A stretch of 64,000 nucleotides of DNA from Lepidodermella squamata. Lineage: Eukaryota; Animalia; Gastrotricha. Below the pieces are notes generated by a model. It made no database searches, had not been told where the DNA came from, and saw only the letters and a list, made by a program, of their open reading frames with translations. Position numbers and translations under genes: made by a program. Below are positions 57,807 through 64,000 of this stretch, piece after piece. Position 1 is the stretch's first letter, and each line of letters starts with the position of its first letter. The DNA lies in contig JBLDXI010000046.1 in assembly GCA_047495785.1 (NCBI GenBank), positions 496,001 through 560,000 of the forward strand, written 5' to 3'.

Positions 57807-60392
57807 ATGTCGTCTGACAAGCCGAATAAGGCAGAGCAGAGCGACGGCGCGAAGCGGTCTGCAGTTTCGAAAAGCGATGGTAATCACCTTTCGGGAGAGT
57901 TAGCTGCGAACCTGCCAGTGCATGGATCCGCCCAAATAGAAGAGGCTAATCGGCCAGATAACTTCGACGTTGATTTGGACGCAGGATTTTCTTCTGTCGT
58001 CAATCGAGCTGAATGGAACGACGACCTTGCAGCAATATCCCTTTCAAGCTGTGAAAATGCGAACGTGGGTGCTTCATGCGCTGCGATTCCTCCTAAGAAG
58101 TAAGGGATTATTATAAATTTTCTATATAATATCAAGCTGCCACAGGGGAAAGGAGGCAGATAGAAATACATATGGATATTACTTTATTTTCATTTGAGAA
58201 CTCACATTTTCTTTGAATAGAACGATCCAGAAGTTTAAGCCCTTCGCTGAATTTACCAAAGTCAAAAGCTTGGGCAGTGGCTCCTACGGATCCGTTTGGC
58301 TTTGCAGAGCTGATTTGGCGGACTATGCTGTTAAGGTGGTCAATCTTAGTGCAATTCGACGGAAAAATCGAAGTAATCCGGAAATGGCTGAGAGGCTAGT
58401 CAAATTAGGCCGCAACGAGGTTTCTGGTCACATCCTGAAACGATATTTTTAATACATTGTCCATTTTCTTCATCAGCATGTCAATCTGCTGGATTTGAGG
58501 CACGCCAATATAGTCTATGTGTACGGCGCATTTGAAGGTGACTCTCGCATCCTACTTCAAATATCATATTGAATCTTCAAATTATTCCAGAGCCTTTGTT
58601 TCAACTTGATGATACGAACCAACATGAGTTACCATGGCTATTGAATGATGAGATGTACTACCTCGTCATGGAATTTTGTCCAGGCGGAGATTTAGAAGCA
58701 TACATTAAGCGAACTAAGGAAGCAAATGCAACAATTCAAGAAGACTTGATTCGTGATTGGGCTCGGCAACTCGTTTCGGCCATAATGTGGCTGCAAAAAT
58801 ATTCCGCACTCCATCGCGATATCAAGCCGAAGAATATTTTCCTTTCAGCCGATGAAAAAACTGTTAAGCTGGGGGATTTCGGATTCGCCAAAATCTACCA
58901 AGGGTTATCATCTTCTACTGTGGTGCGGGGAGGTTGATAGCTACCGTTCTTCTTTTTCAGATCACATAGCGGTACGGCCGTTGGACTAGGAACTCCTATC
59001 TATTCCGCGCCTGAAATTTTCAACGATGAGAAGCACTCGCAAGCCAGTGATTGGTGGTCTCTTGGAGTCACGCTGTTTGAACTGGCTAATTTTCGCCTAC
59101 CTGTAAATAATATTCTAATTCATGATTTTTCTGTTAGTTATAATTAAAATTATGTTACTTCTTCAGTTTAAAAATACATACGAGATCATTTTGTAAGTCA
59201 AAGACCTTCTACTGCTTGCCCTTGGCCAGTTGGCCGCGACAAACCTTGGCATAGTAGATTGCTCTAAAAAGTATTTAATGTAACCCTTTCGTATTCAGGG
59301 GCTCGACGCAGCCGGAATTCGACGATGACCCCCGATTGTCACCAGATTTTCGTGAATTCGTGTTGTCTATGCTACGAAAAGAGAAATCACGACGTGCTAC
59401 AGCTGAAGATTTGGTTAAAAGCTCTTTTTTAACGCTACAACCGGGGGCCAGACGTGTAAATAAGTCAATCCCAACGAACGACACCACCATTGTGCTTGAT
59501 CCAGGAGCGGCTTTGAAGGCAAGATCGCATACAGTGCAGTACAACAATCAACATTCTATGTTATTAATTACAGTTGCTATTCAAATACTCAAGGCAAAGA
59601 GGGATGATGCGCGAAATTGAAAAATTGCTGGGGGATAAGCGTCTGAATTTGGACGTGAACAGTCGGAACGACGACGGCTTCACGCCACTGATGATTGCAG
59701 CCCAAGAAGGATTCGATGAATTTATGAAGCCATTGGTAGAAACGTATGGAGCCAAAGTTGACTTGTTGGACGATCAAGGCAGAACAGCAGTTTACATTGC
59801 TGCTAAAAATGGGCACATCAAAGTTGTGCAAGTCCTTGCTAAAAATTTGAAGGCAAATGTCCAAGCAGCTACGAAAGACGGAGCGACACCGTTATACATT
59901 GCTGCTCAGAATGGTCACTTTGAAATCGTGAAGCTTCTCGCTGGAGACTTAAAAGCTGATGTGAATGCAGCGACAAATACTGGTGCTACGCCGTTATACA
60001 TCGCTGCTGAGAATGGTTTCTTTGAAATCGTGAAGCTTCTCGCTGGAGACTTAAAAGCAGATGTGAATGCAGCGAAGATTACTGGTGCTACGCCGTTATT
60101 TATCGCTGCTCAGAAGGGTCACTTGGATATTGTTAACCTTCTCGCATACTCGTTCCATGCAGATGTAAGCAAGGCACGAGATGATGGTGCCACTCCATTA
60201 ATTGTCGCTTCCTATAGCGGCCACCACTCTGTGGTAGATTTGCTATTGAAGGTGCCTGAAATACAAGTAAATACTAAAATGCCTTTATTGGGATGGACGG
60301 CTTTATCTGCAGCCATAAACTGCGAGTCGACTGTCAAGCCTGGTGATAAACAGAAAACCATTGAGGTTTTGCGCAAAGCTGGAGCCATGTAA
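57807..60392 (+). CDS. Ser/Thr protein kinase (NEK-like) with C-terminal ankyrin repeats
   Basis: GSGSYGSV, YAVK, MEFCPGGDL, HRDIKPKNIFL, DFG, GTPIYSAPE and SDWWSLGVTLFEL across ~7 short exons; last exon 59574-60392 has ~6-7 ankyrin repeats (GATPLYIAAQNGH...). Confidence 0.85.
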
Positions 60393-63300
60393 AATAGAAT
60401 GCGAATTGCAAATTTCATCAGCTATCCTATGGAATATTTACGATTAACCATTCACTCAAATTCTAGTCCGATAATTTTCGACTATGTTTTGTTGATTCAT
60501 TTTTATGTCCCGCTCGATTTCTTGCGATTGCTGTGCAAATAAATTTTACAAAGTAATAATTTTAGCTGCCAATCTGATAACAAGACTTGCTGCGCCGTAA
60601 GCATTCATGCCGAAAGCTTTGAATAGAGAGGAGGCCTCAGTTTGAGAGCGAGCATGTGCTAATAAAAACTGCCTATGACATTATTGACAGAAATAAAAAT
60701 TTATATCGCCATATTTTCAAAAATTTACCAAGTGACGTTGAAAAACTTGGGGGTGCCAGCATATTCAGCGCCACTTCTCAATTTCAGGGTTTGGCTTATC
60801 TTGGAAAGTCGTACAAAGTGTGGATAATAAAACAACAACAAAATCTGTCGTGAATGATTTGAAAACCATATTCCTAAAAACCTTTTGTACAGACGAAAAT
60901 TTCGACAAATTGCTGCTCTACTCAAATGCTCAAAACGCTTTTGGTCGGTGAAAAATAATCGGACACTCAGTATTTTTATTGCTATATTAATAACTTTGGA
61001 TTACAATGTATCGTTTGTCTTACCCTGAGACGATAATTTTCAGTCATTAAAATTTTGGCTTTTACGAAATGTCTAAATTACTGAATTTCGCTGGTATTCT
61101 TGTTTCTTAATTGTTCAGGCTTAAACGATAAATATTCGGTTATTTTCAGGATCCAGGTAAATAAATAGGAAAAATCGGGAAAAAATGGAAAAAAATAGTT
61201 TGATCCTGAAAGGTAGAAGGCAGGTTTTCCAGCCAAGGAATTTTCCGCAAAAAGCTAGAGGTTGAGGCATGGCATTTCGTTATCTTTCGCTAAACTAATT
61301 CTCACTTCGCAGTGAAAATAAAGGAAAATCGTAAGTTTGTTAACGGTGACGAAGAAATATTTCACTGGGCAGTTAACTTCAGGTCGCAAAATGCCGAGAA
61401 CTTCCTAAGAAGTTTCATGAAAAACTGTCAATTTCGCGAACTGACTGCGGTTTCCAGCTTCAACTTCCAGTTTTTTCCAAAAACTGCAGTAATTTTCGAA
61501 AAAGATGAAACATGACAGTAAACGGCGTTTTCAGGCAGTTTCCTGCAATTTCCACTGGAACTTCGCAGTATTTCGTGCACTTGCTGCCCAGGGATTAAAC
61601 ATGGTGATCTACTCGCTACGCCTCTCAGAAATCTAAAAGATACTACCGTAAATTGGGGCAAAAAGGGCTCGGGAAAAAAATAACCCCTTGTTTTTTTCGC
61701 ATCATTACACGTTTCAGAGGGTCCTGGTTCCGATTTAATAAGAAGCTCAATTTGCCCCAGGTTTGGGGATTTTCAAAATTTATCTGAGCCGCGACAAGTG
61801 AAAACCGTAGCTTACGACATTTTTTTCAAATTTGAGTTCATTACATAGTCTAATGCAGTTTTTCGCGCTCATTTCAAATCTGAAACCCATTTTTTAATAT
61901 CTGCTACCGTTCTCAAGATATTAACAATTGAGTGCGCGCACATTAAAATCGCAATTTTTCAGGAGAAGCAAAAAACTAAAACAAAAAATTCGCACATATA
62001 AAAACGAAGTTTGATGAAACCTATGCAATATGGGTAGACGCCTCATTTAGTGGTTTGTATGGCCAACTAGGGCAGTTTGAGTCGCAGATTCTGAATTTAG
62101 CATTATTAAGAACCTAAGCCCCACCGATCTACCTCAAATTATCTCTTTTCTGTACAGCACTGATTTTTGCATTTTCCCGAAGTTATTGCCTCTCTGTTTT
62201 TGTGTTTATTGGACCACGGTTTATTGGACACAAAACCGACATTGCCGTTAGCTAGAAGTGAGCAGTCAAAAAGCCAAAAGGCCAATAGCAAAATAGCGAC
62301 ACGCCGCAGACGTTATTGAGATTTGAGGACCTTAAGGTCCTCAAAACCTCAACTCATGTTCGCAATGCAATCAAAATAATATTTGGGCACACTGTCTCGG
62401 TGTGTAAGGCATACATTTTAGCCGTTCTGCTATTGGGGCGCGATTAAAAAGAATTTAACGATTGAAGTATCTGCAACAGACCCAGCCGACATGATCGGTT
62501 TGAATAAATAATCCCAGTCGCCAATCGCCAATCGCCAATCGTCTTATTTAATCGTTTCCTCTGAATCGTTCCCTTTTCCCGCAATCTACAGTAGCATTGA
62601 GCTTGTTATCCCAATTCAACGTTATAGCAGACTTGACTAAAAAGATGAATGACCCATGAAGTTTCCAATAATTTGGAGAAAGCGCTCAAAGTGAAACTAG
62701 GAATTCATGCGCGAGAAATGGAATTTTTGCTGCTGACAGAAGCCTCGTGACTATGTTATGTCCTAGAAATAAAGAATTCCGATGCTAGGTACTGTCCTCT
62801 GCTCTACTCTACCTGTAGTATATTGGGTAAATAGATGAGAAATTAGTCTAGCCACAAACAGTCTTAACAGTCATAACATACAAACAGTCTTCTGAAAATT
62901 TCGAAGGAACATGATTTTAGCGGCGATTTTCCATTTTCCGACAAACTCAGTGGTTATCAAAGCTTTAGAAACCTAACTCTATTCATAGTAATGCCGGTAT
63001 ATCACAAAATACTCCAGTGATTACAAAGTTTAACGGAAAAATCGCAATAAAAATGCGAATTTTGAAGTTTTATTTGAAGTCAGCTGTATTCGGCACGTTG
63101 ACGTCAAAGGTCAAGTTTCGAATTTATGGGCGGTTTTTATGTCTAAAAATACTACAATTAACAGGCTTTGAAATGAATATGGTGTTCTCGGTCGAAAAAT
63201 GCAATGGCAAAAAGTTTTACGCGCACCCCAAATTTACCACAAAAACTAGGAAAAATGCGTAAATTTCATGTTTTTTGACGCACTCGCAATTTCAGGTTAT

Positions 63301-63801
63301 AGCATCAAAACTATGCATCGCAGAGAAAATCGGATTGCACCAGCAGATTCCTCATGAAAAACTGCACTAGAAAATCATGAAATGTCGATTTTGACAAAAT
63401 TCACCTGTCAAGCCTTCTTTACGGTAGGACGTCAAAACAGCGAATGCGCAGAACAGCGAAACCGACATAACAGCGAAAGCGACGAAACAGCGAAAAATCC
63501 TCCCCAAAATGCTGTGTAATGTCCTATATTAAAATCGCTGTTATGTCGCAAATTAGATTTTTCGCTGTTTTGTACGGTTTTCACTTGTCGCGGCTCATCT
63601 GATTTCATGCTGGAAATGTGAAATTCAAGGATCATGAATTAGTGTGTGAAATCTCAAGCTCATGCCCAAGTTTTCACGCCTATTAATTACTGGCTTGTAA
63701 TTGGTGGCCGCCGTTTCATCCGCATTATTTCAGCTTTTCGAATTAAATCAAATGCTCCCATTTCTGCTCTTCGCCGCTGATTTCGGCCGGTTTTTTAACG
63801 A

Positions 63802-64000
63802 AATTCAACGGTACAACGCCGAAAATTTCAATAAACGCAAGTTCTAAGGTCCAATGTCTTCTAAAATGTATTATGAAATCACCCTCGTTTGAACGTCGTC
63901 CTGTTTTCGGTTTAAAAAATAAACCTTATTACCTGTGATAAAATTCCTGTGACAATAAAAATTGCGTTTATTGAAATTATCGGCGTTGTACCGTTGAATT
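63802..64000. repeat. Inverted repeat, probably a fold-back MITE extending beyond the window
   Basis: 63802-63840 vs 63962-64000 is a 39-bp inverted match with 1 mismatch, running to the window edge. Confidence 0.8.

Noticed and set aside
61643-63426. Possible TA-flanked element with taccgtaaa / tttacggta ends
   Set aside because: The inverted match is only 9 bp and does not extend, so it cannot define an element.

Overview
Eukaryotic, almost certainly invertebrate-animal, genomic DNA from a compact genome: standard genetic code, many ~50-60 nt GT-AG introns, AATAAA signals and Pol III tRNA genes. The species cannot be identified from the sequence. 1-36.7 kb is gene-dense and dominated by secreted or cell-surface proteins: a tandem array of Cys-rich (EB-module-like) putatively GPI-anchored genes (5 copies plus pseudogene pieces split by a non-LTR retrotransposon relic), two divergent GABA-B-like class C GPCRs, a secreted protein with two M6P-receptor-like domains, two intronless bacterial-type PQQ/BamB-like beta-propeller genes (horizontal-transfer candidates), a double LamG/pentraxin-like protein, a head-to-head pair of RDH12-like SDRs, tRNA-Ser(TGA), and a mosaic gene (inactive trypsin domain + 2 Sushi + Thr-rich stalk + NHL-like propeller). 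37.8-57 kb is rich in DNA transposons with readable TIRs and TSDs (Mutator-, hAT-, P-, Tc1/pogo- and PIF/Harbinger-type), including a complete 4.7-kb P element with a spliced transposase ORF. Small ankyrin, EB-module and PAN/apple genes lie among them, and a NEK-like kinase-ankyrin fusion gene lies at 57.8-60.4 kb. All gene models were spliced by eye and all domain calls come from motif recognition, not database searches.
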